From contig JAHLWS010000026.1 of NCBI GenBank assembly GCA_019057795.1, positions 32,001 through 96,000 on the forward strand: 64,000 bases of DNA, given 5' to 3'. Both the position numbers and the translations under genes were made by a program. The DNA comes from Promethearchaeota archaeon. Lineage in GTDB: Archaea; Asgardarchaeota; Lokiarchaeia; Sigyniarchaeales; SOKP01. A model generated the notes under the pieces. That model made no database searches, had not been told where the DNA came from, and was given only the letters and a program-made list of their open reading frames with translations. Shown piece after piece: positions 50,374 to 61,396 of the stretch. The first letter of the stretch is position 1. The number at the start of each line of letters is the position of its first letter.

Positions 50374-50520
50374 TTTAAGTTTAATCTTTTTCTAACCAAT
50401 TTATTGTTGTTAAATTAAAATTTCGCGCCAATAAACTTACTGTTGGTGTAGATATTCTCACAAAAGATGCTGAATTTAATTTAATGAATTTTAGCATTCA
50501 ACAATTTTGGCTCGAAGTTA

Positions 50521-51954
50521 TTAGTTTTTATTGTGTTTTTCAGTTTCAAAATCTTCACATAAATCATCGTGAATAACTTTAATCGCATCCATGAGATCTC
50601 GTCTCTCAATTACCAACGAAAGATTCAATTCCTCGGTACTCTGAGTCAAAGCTTTTACGTGGATATTCTTCTTTTCTAAAGCTTGAAAAATTATGGCTTT
50701 CGTTGTGTTTTCTAATATTTTAAATCCTGTTATATTGATGATTGCTACCTCTTCAAATTTGATTTCGAAAAAATCAGAAAAATATCCCGAACTCTTTAAA
50801 GCTTCCACAGCTTTTTGAGCTTCATTTCCTTTTACAATAAAAGAAGTGCTAATCTCAGAAGCACTTTGAGCAACTAAAGATACGCTAATTCTGTTTTTAC
50901 TCATAACTTTAAAGATCTTTGCTAGAACTCCTGGAACATCAACTAAACTTCCTGAAATAACGGTTATAATTACAGCATCTTCTACTGTGGAAATTCCTTT
51001 GATTTCGTTTTTATCTGTGAGTACCGAGATTTTTGTAAAGTTGAATTTTTGCAATGGCTTGTTAAAATTTCTAAGCTCTAAGGGTATGTTCTTTTTTTCG
51101 ATCGCTTCAAGACATTTAGGATGGAGAATTTTCGCCCCAAAATTCGCGATGTGCTTAGCTTCGTTGTAATCTAAATTTTTAATAAGAGTTGATTGTGGAA
51201 CGTACTTAGGGTTAATAGCTAGTAATCCGTCAACGTCTTTCCATAGAATAACTGTTATATTTTTATCTACCCCCACTTCGTGTATCGATCGGGCTAAAAT
51301 CGTTGCTGTGTAATCTGAGCCACCTCTTCCTAAGGTAGTAGTATAACCTATTTTATTTCTTCCGATAAATCCCGTTATACAAATAATTACGTCTTTTTTA
51401 GGGTTTTCTAAGAGAGGTATTATCATTCTCCGCGTTCGCTCGTTCGTTAATTTGTAAAAAGGATATGCGTTATTAAACTCGTCGTTTGTTATTATTAGGT
51501 TATTTGCTGGAATGTACACTGATTCTAATCCCTTACTCAATATGTACTGGTTTAAAATGTATGTTGACAATATTTCACCAAAACTTAAGATTAAATCTTG
51601 ATAGTATGGCTCTAACCCAAATTCTTTTATATCAGCAAATGCATCTTCCAAATCGCTAAGCTTTTCATCAACCCAATCTTTAGCTTTTACATAATGCTCT
51701 GTGTCTTCGTTAAAAATTTGCTCAATCATATTGAAATGTTTTTTCTCTAAGATTGCTATGTTGTCTTCGATAATTGTAGAATTATTTACATTTTGGGCAG
51801 TACTTAATAGTAGTTCTGTTATCCCACTAAACGCCGAAGCTACAACTATTTTTTTTTCGTCTTTATATATTTTTAAAATTTTGATAATTTTCTTAAAAGC
51901 ACTTCTATCTACTAAGCAACTTCCACCGAACTTCATAATAACTATAGGGGTCAA
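50521..51954 (-). CDS. lysC: Aspartate kinase with ACT domains
   Basis: MKFGGS, SFGE, TTLGRGGSDYTA, DVDG, FGAKILHP. Confidence 0.92.
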   Translation of the reverse strand: MTPIVIMKFGGSCLVDRSAFKKIIKILKIYKDEKKIVVASAFSGITELLLSTAQNVNNSTIIEDNIAILEKKHFNMIEQIFNEDTEHYVKAKDWVDEKLSDLEDAFADIKEFGLEPYYQDLILSFGEILSTYILNQYILSKGLESVYIPANNLIITNDEFNNAYPFYKLTNERTRRMIIPLLENPKKDVIICITGFIGRNKIGYTTTLGRGGSDYTATILARSIHEVGVDKNITVILWKDVDGLLAINPKYVPQSTLIKNLDYNEAKHIANFGAKILHPKCLEAIEKKNIPLELRNFNKPLQKFNFTKISVLTDKNEIKGISTVEDAVIITVISGSLVDVPGVLAKIFKVMSKNRISVSLVAQSASEISTSFIVKGNEAQKAVEALKSSGYFSDFFEIKFEEVAIINITGFKILENTTKAIIFQALEKKNIHVKALTQSTEELNLSLVIERRDLMDAIKVIHDDLCEDFETEKHNKN

Positions 51955-52087
51955 AACTTAAACCTTTAAAATGTTTTTCTTGAATAATCTTAATTCGTTT
52001 AAGTAAATATAAATAAAAAATTTTTTTAGAAAATGTTATTTTTTGAATTTTTCACCAAATTCAAATAGAAAAAGTTGTAATTTTGTT

Positions 52088-54220
52088 TTAGTTCTTTAAA
52101 AGTTGTTCCAATTCTTTAATCTGTTGGTTAAGATCTGTTTTAATCACTTCCATTTTACTCTTCTTTTCTTCAAGCTCTTTGCTTGTAATTTCCCCTGTCA
52201 GCTCTTTCATGTCGAAGTCCAACGACATCTTAGAAATATTAGCTTTTTTAATTTTTAAGTCCATCAAAGAATTTTCTAAAGTGGCCCTTTGTTCCATAGA
52301 AATCCTGGTAGAAGTAGCTTGACCTGTAGGCTCCGCTATTTTTTGCGTCGTTGTAGGGGGTTCGTTGCTTATTATTTTTGAAGGCGTAACTGCTACAACT
52401 TTAGCTTTAGACTTTATAAGTTCTATTGGACTAACCGGAGTAGGAGGTTGCGTAATCTCTTTAGGGACCTCAAATACTTTTGAAGGTGGAACCTCACTTT
52501 TTTTTGGAATTATTGGTGCATCAATTTTTTTAGTCGGAGTAAAACTAGCAGGTGTTTTAACTTTTATTAATTTTGTGGGCGTAACTGGAAGGGATGTCTT
52601 AAATTCTGTTGGATTAGTAACTTGGGCAAAAGGTGATGTTTTTAATTTGTTTTTAGCGTCCTTAGGAACAATCATCACTGTTTTCGGACGGGGTTTCACC
52701 ATAAAATCTTCTGGGTTAAAGACTAATTCTACTTTTTCCTGTAGTCTTTTAGGCTTGATCAACGCTTCAAGTTTAGAAGTTTCTTTTTCTTCTTCGATTT
52801 TTTTAATATCCGCTTTTTCAAGTTTTGGTTCTTCCGTTTTTGGAATTTTTGGTGGTGCTGACTTTTTGGGATGTGGAGGAACAATGTTTTTTTCAATTAA
52901 CTTTGGCTTTTTTAATGCTCCAGGTGCCGGTGGTATAGACGGTTTTTTAAGACTTATTTCATTTTCTGATGCTTCTGGTGCTTTAGGAGGTCCATGAGGA
53001 GGTGGCGGCGGAGGAACAGCTACTGATACTTTTGGTTTTTCTTGTTCTTCAGGTTTTGGGGGTTCAGGAATAATTGGCTTTTTTACCTTACTTTTTTCGA
53101 CGGGTTTAGTAGGCTCTTCTGTGGATACTGGCGATTCAACGATTTTTGGTTCTTCAGGAGGCCCCGGTTGAGGAGCGCTAAGTTTTTGAAGCATACTTTT
53201 AATTTTTTGAGCTTTTTCATAAAATTCTTTGCCTAGAGAATCATCTCCTAGCTCTATGCATAAATCGCTAATTTTATCGAAAATTGTAGCAGCTTTACCA
53301 AACTCCGCGTTCTCCAATGCTAATGCCGCTTCTTCCATATAAGTATCCCTTTCCAATAGTGGTTTCAATAGAGGTGAAACCTCAGCGCTCATTTCTAATA
53401 CATCTGCAATAATAGTTATCATCTTATCCCGATTGTTGGAATCATTAGCAATCATAGAGTACGTTTTTAAGCCTAAGATTTTTTCAATTTGTTCTGGTTT
53501 CATTGCATCGTCCAGGTCTTGTTTATTACCAATGATAGATGTATGTGCTTGAGGAGCTTGTTCTTTTATTAGTTCCAAGAAGAATTTACTCTTTTCTACG
53601 TTTTCCAAAGTGGAATCTGTGATTAATAAAACAGCATCGCTTCCTTTAATAAAATTGTTCCATAAATAACTAAATTGCTCTTGTCCAGCAAAATCCCACA
53701 AATGAAAATGTAATTTCCCTATTTTAATCGTAGCTATGTCTCCTGTAATGGTCGGGATGTGTTGCATGGGGATTTCTTCTGCTTTAATCAATCGAGTTAT
53801 CGTAGTTTTTCCAACGCCAGAAAATCCTATGAGCGATATTTTTGGTCTTAAATTTCTATGAATTGCATCTATTGTTGGATCGAATATTTCAAAGGTTTTC
53901 TCGTCAATTTTATGATCTAATAGGTCTTCAAAAAGATTTAAAAATTCTTTTTTGCATTTAATTAGTTCTTTTTTAATATTCTCGAAATTATCCGTTAAAC
54001 CAGTAACAAATAGAAACATTAATTCAGAATCTTTTTCTGTAATGTAGGATATTCGGTATTTGTAATAATCGTGATACTCAACGCTTTTACCTCTTTTAGC
54101 GAAAGCGTCTTTCATCAAATCTGCTGCTAAAGAGGTGAAAACATCATCCTTAAGGGCTTTTCCAAAATGCCGATAGTATAACAATTTACCACGATTGTAA
54201 ATATAAACTTGTCTTAAGAT
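52088..54220 (-). CDS. Longin-like domain, small GTPase, helical bundle, Pro-rich linker and coiled coil; start probably ATC/ATT upstream of the tracked TTG
   Basis: In-frame ILRQVYIYNRGKLLY upstream, after an AGGTGA SD. GFSGVGKTT, PTI, WDFAGQ and GNKQD motifs; PPPPPP tract. Confidence 0.85.
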   Translation of the reverse strand: MLRQVYIYNRGKLLYYRHFGKALKDDVFTSLAADLMKDAFAKRGKSVEYHDYYKYRISYITEKDSELMFLFVTGLTDNFENIKKELIKCKKEFLNLFEDLLDHKIDEKTFEIFDPTIDAIHRNLRPKISLIGFSGVGKTTITRLIKAEEIPMQHIPTITGDIATIKIGKLHFHLWDFAGQEQFSYLWNNFIKGSDAVLLITDSTLENVEKSKFFLELIKEQAPQAHTSIIGNKQDLDDAMKPEQIEKILGLKTYSMIANDSNNRDKMITIIADVLEMSAEVSPLLKPLLERDTYMEEAALALENAEFGKAATIFDKISDLCIELGDDSLGKEFYEKAQKIKSMLQKLSAPQPGPPEEPKIVESPVSTEEPTKPVEKSKVKKPIIPEPPKPEEQEKPKVSVAVPPPPPPHGPPKAPEASENEISLKKPSIPPAPGALKKPKLIEKNIVPPHPKKSAPPKIPKTEEPKLEKADIKKIEEEKETSKLEALIKPKRLQEKVELVFNPEDFMVKPRPKTVMIVPKDAKNKLKTSPFAQVTNPTEFKTSLPVTPTKLIKVKTPASFTPTKKIDAPIIPKKSEVPPSKVFEVPKEITQPPTPVSPIELIKSKAKVVAVTPSKIISNEPPTTTQKIAEPTGQATSTRISMEQRATLENSLMDLKIKKANISKMSLDFDMKELTGEITSKELEEKKSKMEVIKTDLNQQIKELEQLLKN

Positions 54221-54268
54221 AATATCTCACCTAATCCCTAGTAAATTAATTACTTATACATAAAAACT

Positions 54269-54763
54269 TCATAATTTTGTTACATATTTTACAAGATCTT
54301 TAATTATCGAATATTTCTTATCTTTTTCTTTCTTTTTCTTAAAAGTTTCTTCAATTTTTTGAATTTCTTTAGAAAAATCAAAAACTGAAAAATCGTATAT
54401 TTCTTGATCCTTAGACTTCTCGCTCAATTTCTTCAAAAAGACGCTAATACTAGGCATGTATTTTCCCAAATTCATATTTAATCCTAACTTTGATATCAAA
54501 ATCAATTCGTTACTGAATGTAAAAAGGTAGTTATACTCTTGAGCCTCTAAAGCAAAGGAATTTATTTTAGTTAAATTCAATTCGTCAGCTATATCTTTAG
54601 AATTAGCGATTACCGAAAGAATTTTATGAGGAATAATTTTTCCTTTAGCAAATTCTTTTATAGTTGATCCTAATACAATTCCATATTTGCTTGCAATAGC
54701 ACATTCAGAATTTAGCTCCGTTTTCAATTGTGAGATGATTTCGTCGTAATTAATTTGTCTCAT
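54269..54763 (-). CDS. Roadblock/LC7-like protein
   Basis: CAIASKYGIVLGST...helix...FALEAQEYNYLF...LILISK..MNLG pattern; directly upstream of the longin-GTPase. Confidence 0.6.
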   Translation of the reverse strand: MRQINYDEIISQLKTELNSECAIASKYGIVLGSTIKEFAKGKIIPHKILSVIANSKDIADELNLTKINSFALEAQEYNYLFTFSNELILISKLGLNMNLGKYMPSISVFLKKLSEKSKDQEIYDFSVFDFSKEIQKIEETFKKKKEKDKKYSIIKDLVKYVTKL

Positions 54764-54845
54764 TATATTGAATTTGAACTTTTTTGAATAATTAATAAAA
54801 TCTAATTTATTTATATTTAATTAAACTAAAATCTTAAGATTAAAA

Positions 54846-55640
54846 ATGAAATTGAAAATATATAAATATCATTTTATAAAAAAAGAATCAGATATTACTT
54901 TAATCTCAGAGTCGAAAAGTGCAATTTTAAAAGCAAAAGAAGGGTTTTTTCGTCATCGCAAAATTTTAGAAAAATATGTTACACAGAATAACAAATTTCT
55001 TACGTCTTTTTCGCCAATTAGAATCAAATCTGAATTTGAAATCGTTAATTTAATGAGTGAAGCATCCATTTTGTGTGAGGTAGGTCCGATGGCAGCAGTA
55101 GCAGGGGCATTTGCTGATATAATGATGGCTCTAATGAAAGAGGAAGACGACCCAAATATTATTCCTGCAAAAATTGCTTTAGTTGAAAACGGTGGCGAAA
55201 TCGTCGTAGACTCCGAAAAAGAGATGAAAATCGCGCTATTTGCTGGATATAACGAATTAAATTTGAATATTGGCTTCTTAATTGAAAATAAAGATTGTCC
55301 AATAGGTATAGGAACAAGCTCCGCCACAATAGGTCACGCAATAAGCCTAGGACAAGCAGACGCAGTGACCGTATTTGGTAAAAATGCGACGCTGGCAGAT
55401 GGAGCTGCAACTAGAATCGCTAATTTAGTTAAAGGAGCGGACGTTGAAAAATCTATAAAAAACGCTTTAGACGCCGTCGAAGATATTGAAGGCGTTTTTG
55501 GTGCTTTTATATCCCGAGATAATAAAATTGGTCAAGTAGGTAAACTGCCAAAGATCTTTAAAATTGAGGGCGATAAAAATATAGTTTTAAAAAATAAATT
55601 TGAGGGGCTATTTCCAGGAAAATTTGAAATCTTTAAATAA
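54846..55640 (+). CDS. UPF0280 (ApbE-like) protein
   Basis: VGPMAAVAGA, VENGGE, TSSATIGHAISLG.ADA, ADGAATRIAN. Confidence 0.88.
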   Translation: MKLKIYKYHFIKKESDITLISESKSAILKAKEGFFRHRKILEKYVTQNNKFLTSFSPIRIKSEFEIVNLMSEASILCEVGPMAAVAGAFADIMMALMKEEDDPNIIPAKIALVENGGEIVVDSEKEMKIALFAGYNELNLNIGFLIENKDCPIGIGTSSATIGHAISLGQADAVTVFGKNATLADGAATRIANLVKGADVEKSIKNALDAVEDIEGVFGAFISRDNKIGQVGKLPKIFKIEGDKNIVLKNKFEGLFPGKFEIFK

Positions 55641-57918
55641 CCCAATAATATGGTACACTATCTCCTTTCTCGTTTTTAATAGAAAAAATCCTATTTAAAT
55701 AATGTAAGTTATAATATTGCTCAACCTCTTCATCAGAAAGTTGTCCAAATAAAGACAATCCCTCAGTTAAAAGATAAATATCTGTTAAAATCAAAAAAGC
55801 ATTACTATTATTATTGTGTAATTTTATTTGTTTTAGGATATTTTTTCCATATTCATCAACATGATTCTCTGGATGCATTAATGTATCATTTACCGGAATA
55901 AAGTTTTGAATGGACGAAAAAGGCTGCTTTTCTTCATAATCTTCAAATGGAAAATTAAAATATATAAACAAATGGCTCCATCCAACTTCGCCAATAATAA
56001 CGTTCTTTTCAGAAGTATAATTCGAATACCATTGAACAGAACTTATCTCCCTATTTTTTAATGTAAATATTTCAATACCATAGCTATTTTCGTTGAATGT
56101 AGCAAAAATTGAAAAGATTATTATGAAAAATATTAAAAATTTTACTTTTAATGTCCTTATTGAATTGGTTTTTATTAATTTGTAAATATAGGAAATAAAT
56201 CCAATTACAAGCAATACTGAGCAAATATAAAAGATTCTTGAAAAATGGATAAAAGAACTTATCATTAAACTAAATATAAAACTTGCTATAAGAATAAAGG
56301 CAAGAATTAAACCCCAAATCCAGAGCATTTTTCCTTTTGGTTTATTTTGGAATAATCCTAGACCCCACGCACCAAAAAAAACAAATAAAAGAATTTCAAA
56401 TCCAGAAAATATACTAAAAATACCTATTTTTAAGAGTAATAAATTTACAATCACAAAAAGAATTGTTAAAGAAATTATGACCCCAAAAATAATTGGTATT
56501 ATAAATTTATCTTCAATAGTTTTATAATAACTATACTTTTTTCCCATTATTATTAATTTATACCTTCCCTTCGTAAAATTGATTTCCTTTCTTTCATGTA
56601 AGGTAAATAATAATATAACTACCGCAAGGACTAATGCCCCTGAAAGAAGGTAGTACCATGGTAATTGAAATATAGATCTAAATACTTTAAAATATCCCGT
56701 GCTTATATTTAAGTTATAGAAAATTAGAAATATTCCGACTAACACACATAATAAAATAAAATCTAAACCGCGTCTTGGATCTTTAACAAAATACACAAAA
56801 TAAATCAATAAGTAAGAAATCAATAAAACCATTATAATTAATGAATGGGTCAAAAGTGAACTAATAAAAATTAAAATTATTGTAATATATGAAAAAAGTA
56901 AATCAGCTTTGAGCATTTCTATAGTTGGTCTTTCGAATTGAATAAATCTTTTATACCGAATGTAAAGAAGATAAAAGATAAATATCCCCTGAATATATGC
57001 AATACTTGTAGGCCAAAATTGATACATTAAGATTGTAAACCCTAATGATGAAAAGTTTAAAATATAAACCCCTAAAAGAGCTAAATTTTTATTTTTAAAA
57101 ATTCGCCTAAAAATATTATATACTATTAAACTAGAGACTGGAAATGTATAAAAAATGAAATATCGGGGAATTAAGATTATATCTAACCCTGAAAACATAT
57201 GAATTACTGCACCAAAGATATGTAAACCCATTGACCCTGTGTATTCATTTACAGGTAAGTAATTAACAACTGAAATCTGCTTGATAATACTTATATGGAG
57301 CCAAGAATCAGTGCCAACAAATAATGGAACACTCACCAGATATAAAATAAGCGTTAAAGAAATGAATGTTATTAGTAAGATATCATTTAATGAGATTAAA
57401 TCTTTAAGATATTGCACTATAGAAAAATTTTCATAAAGGTGTTGATTATTTATTTCCAATTCTTTAGGTTTAAAGAAATCTAAGACCTTTTTTTTATAAT
57501 TCGTTATTATGATATAAATTAATATTAAAAAGTAAGAGATAAACACAATAAGAAAAAAATATAATCCTGTAAATGGAAATCCAATAAAAAAACCAATAAA
57601 GCCTCCAATAATGTAAAAAGATAAGTTAGAAACAATAGTTAAGCTTAATTTCTCTATATAATTAAAATCCATTCCCTTAAAAATAATGAAATAAACTGGA
57701 TACGTTGGTAAAATCAACAATGTAAAGATTGTACTGAATTGAATGCAAATTTGTATTAACACTCCTAAAACAAAAATGTTAAGAAAATTATGAAAAACAT
57801 CTATAAGGTTTAATAAAATAAATGATAATGACAGTATCGATAATATAAAAACAATTAGTCTATCTCTATACCTTAAATAATATAAAACTCGATTAATCTT
57901 AATTTTAAAATTAGTCAT
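55633..57918 (-). CDS. Large polytopic membrane protein, possibly GT-C-like
   Basis: Many TM helices; luminal GTDSWLH loop; adjacent to the glycosylation genes. Confidence 0.55.
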   Translation of the reverse strand: MTNFKIKINRVLYYLRYRDRLIVFILSILSLSFILLNLIDVFHNFLNIFVLGVLIQICIQFSTIFTLLILPTYPVYFIIFKGMDFNYIEKLSLTIVSNLSFYIIGGFIGFFIGFPFTGLYFFLIVFISYFLILIYIIITNYKKKVLDFFKPKELEINNQHLYENFSIVQYLKDLISLNDILLITFISLTLILYLVSVPLFVGTDSWLHISIIKQISVVNYLPVNEYTGSMGLHIFGAVIHMFSGLDIILIPRYFIFYTFPVSSLIVYNIFRRIFKNKNLALLGVYILNFSSLGFTILMYQFWPTSIAYIQGIFIFYLLYIRYKRFIQFERPTIEMLKADLLFSYITIILIFISSLLTHSLIIMVLLISYLLIYFVYFVKDPRRGLDFILLCVLVGIFLIFYNLNISTGYFKVFRSIFQLPWYYLLSGALVLAVVILLFTLHERKEINFTKGRYKLIIMGKKYSYYKTIEDKFIIPIIFGVIISLTILFVIVNLLLLKIGIFSIFSGFEILLFVFFGAWGLGLFQNKPKGKMLWIWGLILAFILIASFIFSLMISSFIHFSRIFYICSVLLVIGFISYIYKLIKTNSIRTLKVKFLIFFIIIFSIFATFNENSYGIEIFTLKNREISSVQWYSNYTSEKNVIIGEVGWSHLFIYFNFPFEDYEEKQPFSSIQNFIPVNDTLMHPENHVDEYGKNILKQIKLHNNNSNAFLILTDIYLLTEGLSLFGQLSDEEVEQYYNLHYLNRIFSIKNEKGDSVPYYWVI

Positions 57919-57932
57919 CGTATTTGTTAAGA

Positions 57933-58904
57933 TTAATTTATTTGGAGCTCTATTTCATACTTATTAATATACCATTTAAAGTAATCTTTTAATCCTTGCT
58001 CTTGATTATATTGTGGTTTAAATTTTATCAGCTCCATAGCCTTTGAGATATCGGCATAACTATGAATTATATCTCCAGGTCTTGGATCCGTGTAAATAAT
58101 ATTAAGATGTTCTTTATTCGTAATTTTTAACATAAGTTTTGCTAACTCAGTTAATGTTATTGGTAAATTCGCTCCTATATTTAAAATTTCTCCCGGAGCA
58201 TCATGTTCTGCCGCTAAAATGTTAGCTTGAACTACATCTTTAATATAGGTGAAATCTCTTGAATTTTTTCCATCTCCAAAAACAATCAAATCATCATCAC
58301 GAATAATTCTACCTAACCAAATAGCGATCACTCCACTATATGGGGAATCTCTCTGTCTTGGTCCAAAAACATTAAAATACCTCAATGATGTTGTTTTTAA
58401 CCCATAAACTTGATGATATACTTGCATATAAGCTTCACTAGCTAACTTTGCAACTCCATAAGGAGAGATTGGTAATCTTCGCATGTCTTCTCTTTTGGGT
58501 AAAGTAGGAGTATCACCATATACCGATGAACTTGATGCAAAAATAATTTTTTCTACATCCATTCGGCGAGCAGCATTCAAAATGTTTAAAACACCATTCA
58601 CATTCACATCATTGCAATTATTTGGCATTATAACAGATTGTGGGACACTAGTAAATGCGGCCTGATGGTATACTATATCAACGTCTTTAAATAAGTCCAA
58701 TAAGAAATTCAAATCTCTAATATCACCTTTATGAAATTCAAAATTCTTGTTTTTTAAAGCTATATCCAAATTTTCTAATCTTCCATTAAAAAGATTATCT
58801 ACGCTTATGACATTAGCACCTAATTCAAGAAGCCTATCAGCTAAATTACTTCCAATAAAACCTGCAACTCCCGTAATTAATACTCTTTTTCCATGAAAAT
58901 CCAT
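57933..58904 (-). CDS. NDP-sugar epimerase/dehydratase (extended SDR)
   Basis: TGVAGFIGS, ASSSSVYG, YGVAK, RYFNVFGPRQ. Confidence 0.92.
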   Translation of the reverse strand: MDFHGKRVLITGVAGFIGSNLADRLLELGANVISVDNLFNGRLENLDIALKNKNFEFHKGDIRDLNFLLDLFKDVDIVYHQAAFTSVPQSVIMPNNCNDVNVNGVLNILNAARRMDVEKIIFASSSSVYGDTPTLPKREDMRRLPISPYGVAKLASEAYMQVYHQVYGLKTTSLRYFNVFGPRQRDSPYSGVIAIWLGRIIRDDDLIVFGDGKNSRDFTYIKDVVQANILAAEHDAPGEILNIGANLPITLTELAKLMLKITNKEHLNIIYTDPRPGDIIHSYADISKAMELIKFKPQYNQEQGLKDYFKWYINKYEIELQIN

Positions 58905-59046
58905 TTTTCACTCATCTTATTATTAGTATTAAACTTTAATTTTCAAAATTTATTAGGATAATATAATTTTTAATATCCCATCTTGGTTAAAAGTTACCCG
59001 AAAAAAAGTAAGATGCCAAAAAAAATAATGAATTTTTTCTCTCCCT

Positions 59047-60015
59047 CTATTGAATGGAATTATGCTTTATTTGCCATTCATAAGTTTTCTTTAACCCGTC
59101 ATATATATTTATTTTAGGAATATAGTTTAATAATTCTTTGGCTTTATTTGTATTTGAGTATGTTATATCCACATCTCCTCTCTGTTTTTCAATATATTTA
59201 ACTTTTTTAGGGCGTCTCGAAATTTCATACATCTTGTTTATTAATTCATTTACACTAATAGGGTTTGAGCAACCTAAATTAAAAACTTCTCCTGATGATT
59301 CAGCTTTTTCACCTGCTAAAATTAAACCATTAACTAAATCTGATACGTATGTAAAATCTCTTAATTGACTTCCATCGCCATATATGCTTATCTCCTTATT
59401 TTGAAAAATCAAATTAAAAAATTTTCTTATAGCCATATCTGGTCTTCCCCTTGGTCCATATACGGTGTAAAATCTCAAGGAAGTCACTGGAAGCTTGTAT
59501 TCTCGAAAATAATAATCAGCATAAATTTCTCCGCATAATTTTGAAACTGCATAAGGTGAAATTGGATTTTTTGGATGGGCCTCATCACAAGGTGTGTAGA
59601 TTGGATTTCCATATACTGAAGATGAAGATGCGTATACTACTTTTTTTATGTCATTATTTAAAGCATATTCAAGAATATTTAAAGCACTCACAATATTATT
59701 TTTTGTTACTTCTGCTGCATTCTCAATTGAGTATCTCACACCCGCCTGTGCTGCTAGATTGAATATAATATCAAAATCATAATCCAGATTACTTAAAATG
59801 GTTTTATCGATTAAATTCCCCTTAACTATTTCGAAATCTTTCGAATTCTTATAATTTTTAGTGACACTTGCCAAATTTTCTTTTTTTCCTTGATAATAAT
59901 CGTTAAAATTGTCGATTATAACTAAAAAATTATTTTCTGGCAGTAATTGTTCAACCAAGGAAGTTCCTATAAAACCCGCTCCTCCAGCAATTGCAATGCT
60001 TTTATTTTTTATCAT
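59047..60015 (-). CDS. NDP-sugar epimerase (UDP-glucuronate epimerase-like)
   Basis: GGAGFIG, LAAQAGVRYS, YAVSK, RFYTVYGPRGRPDMA. Confidence 0.9.
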   Translation of the reverse strand: MIKNKSIAIAGGAGFIGTSLVEQLLPENNFLVIIDNFNDYYQGKKENLASVTKNYKNSKDFEIVKGNLIDKTILSNLDYDFDIIFNLAAQAGVRYSIENAAEVTKNNIVSALNILEYALNNDIKKVVYASSSSVYGNPIYTPCDEAHPKNPISPYAVSKLCGEIYADYYFREYKLPVTSLRFYTVYGPRGRPDMAIRKFFNLIFQNKEISIYGDGSQLRDFTYVSDLVNGLILAGEKAESSGEVFNLGCSNPISVNELINKMYEISRRPKKVKYIEKQRGDVDITYSNTNKAKELLNYIPKINIYDGLKKTYEWQIKHNSIQ

Positions 60016-60050
60016 ATTCCGTTAACCATTCTATCAATAATGGATAATTA

Positions 60051-61187
60051 TTAATTTAACATATTTCTATAAACCTTTTCTATATCTTCCGAAACTTTCT
60101 CCCATGAGAATTCTTTTTTAATTAAATTCCTTCCATTTTTTCCAAAGTTATTCAATGTTTTTTCATTACTAATGAGTTTTAACATATTATCTGTCTCTTG
60201 AAATATTTTATCAATCTTAAATAGGAAACCATTTTCTTTAGGTTTAATGATTTCAGAAACACCTCCAACATTTGAACTAATTACTGGAGTTTCACAAGCA
60301 AGGCTTTCTAATATTGTTGTCGGGACACCTTCAAATCGGGAAGTTAACATTATCAATTTACTCATGTTATAAACTTTTTCTATTTTTTCATAAGGGAAAT
60401 ATTCTTTATATGTAATGGGAAGCTCTTTTTTTGCCTTTTCTACTAAATTTTTTAATGGACCATTACCTATGATCAAAAATTTCAATGTATTATCCTCTTT
60501 ATAAAGTTCTTTTATAACTTCTATAAAAATATCAATACCTTTAATATATGATAATCTGCCTATAAATGTAATAAATCTTCTGTTTATTGTATCAATTCTT
60601 TTGAATCTCTCAATATCAACGGCATTTGGGATATAGTAATAAGCCTTATTAGAGAGATCATAATTCTGCCTAACAAAATCAAGATCTTTTTTAGAAACAG
60701 AAATTATTGAATCTGAGTTTTTTATAACCAATTTGCCAATTATTTTATCAAAGATACTTCTTTTATATAACAATTGGAAGTATTCGATTAAATTGGAACT
60801 TAAAGAAAGTGGTGTTTGTACACCACCATGAATATGCAAAACAAACGGAAATTTTCTCATTTTCCTTAATAATGCACACTGAGCTGAAGTAAAAAAAATG
60901 TATGAATGTGCATGGATTAAATCATATTTTTGATAATTTTTTTTCATAAAACTATACATATTTACTATAGGATTTTTACCCCAGAGATTATGATAACATC
61001 TTTTATAATGCACTTTTACTGATTCTTCAATCAAATCGTTTTTTATTTTTCTCTTAAATACATCAGAGGTTAAAATTTCACTATCGATATTTCTTTTCTT
61101 TTTTAAATTGATAGATAAATTCTTGCAAAAGATTTCGGACCCTCCTAAATGATCCGGTGGATAAGGATTTACTTGAAGTACTTTCAT
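60051..61187 (-). CDS. Glycosyltransferase family 4
   Basis: PPDHLGGSE, FIGRL...KG, EGVPTTILES. Confidence 0.9.
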   Translation of the reverse strand: MKVLQVNPYPPDHLGGSEIFCKNLSINLKKKRNIDSEILTSDVFKRKIKNDLIEESVKVHYKRCYHNLWGKNPIVNMYSFMKKNYQKYDLIHAHSYIFFTSAQCALLRKMRKFPFVLHIHGGVQTPLSLSSNLIEYFQLLYKRSIFDKIIGKLVIKNSDSIISVSKKDLDFVRQNYDLSNKAYYYIPNAVDIERFKRIDTINRRFITFIGRLSYIKGIDIFIEVIKELYKEDNTLKFLIIGNGPLKNLVEKAKKELPITYKEYFPYEKIEKVYNMSKLIMLTSRFEGVPTTILESLACETPVISSNVGGVSEIIKPKENGFLFKIDKIFQETDNMLKLISNEKTLNNFGKNGRNLIKKEFSWEKVSEDIEKVYRNMLN

Positions 61188-61396
61188 AATTGTGTCATTC
61201 AGAATTTAGTGATTATAATGTTTCGTTTATATTATGGTTTTTACTTAAAACAAGATTCTTTATTAAATAAACTATATCCTAGAATTTAATTACGATTTTT
61301 AAAGCATTTTAATAGATTTAATTAATAAATCATTCCAATAATTTAATATCTTTTATGAATTATTCTTTATAAGAATTAAAAGGAAATTTAAAATCT

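Noticed and set aside
50466-50499. Imperfect inverted repeat between the Rab-like GTPase and lysC
   Set aside because: AT-rich and weak; at most an ordinary terminator region between convergent genes.
548-59762. Many short antisense or nested ORFs in the track (e.g. 52365-52997, 48413-48868, 19530-19943, 37380-37796)
   Set aside because: Shadow frames of well-supported genes, with no independent motifs.
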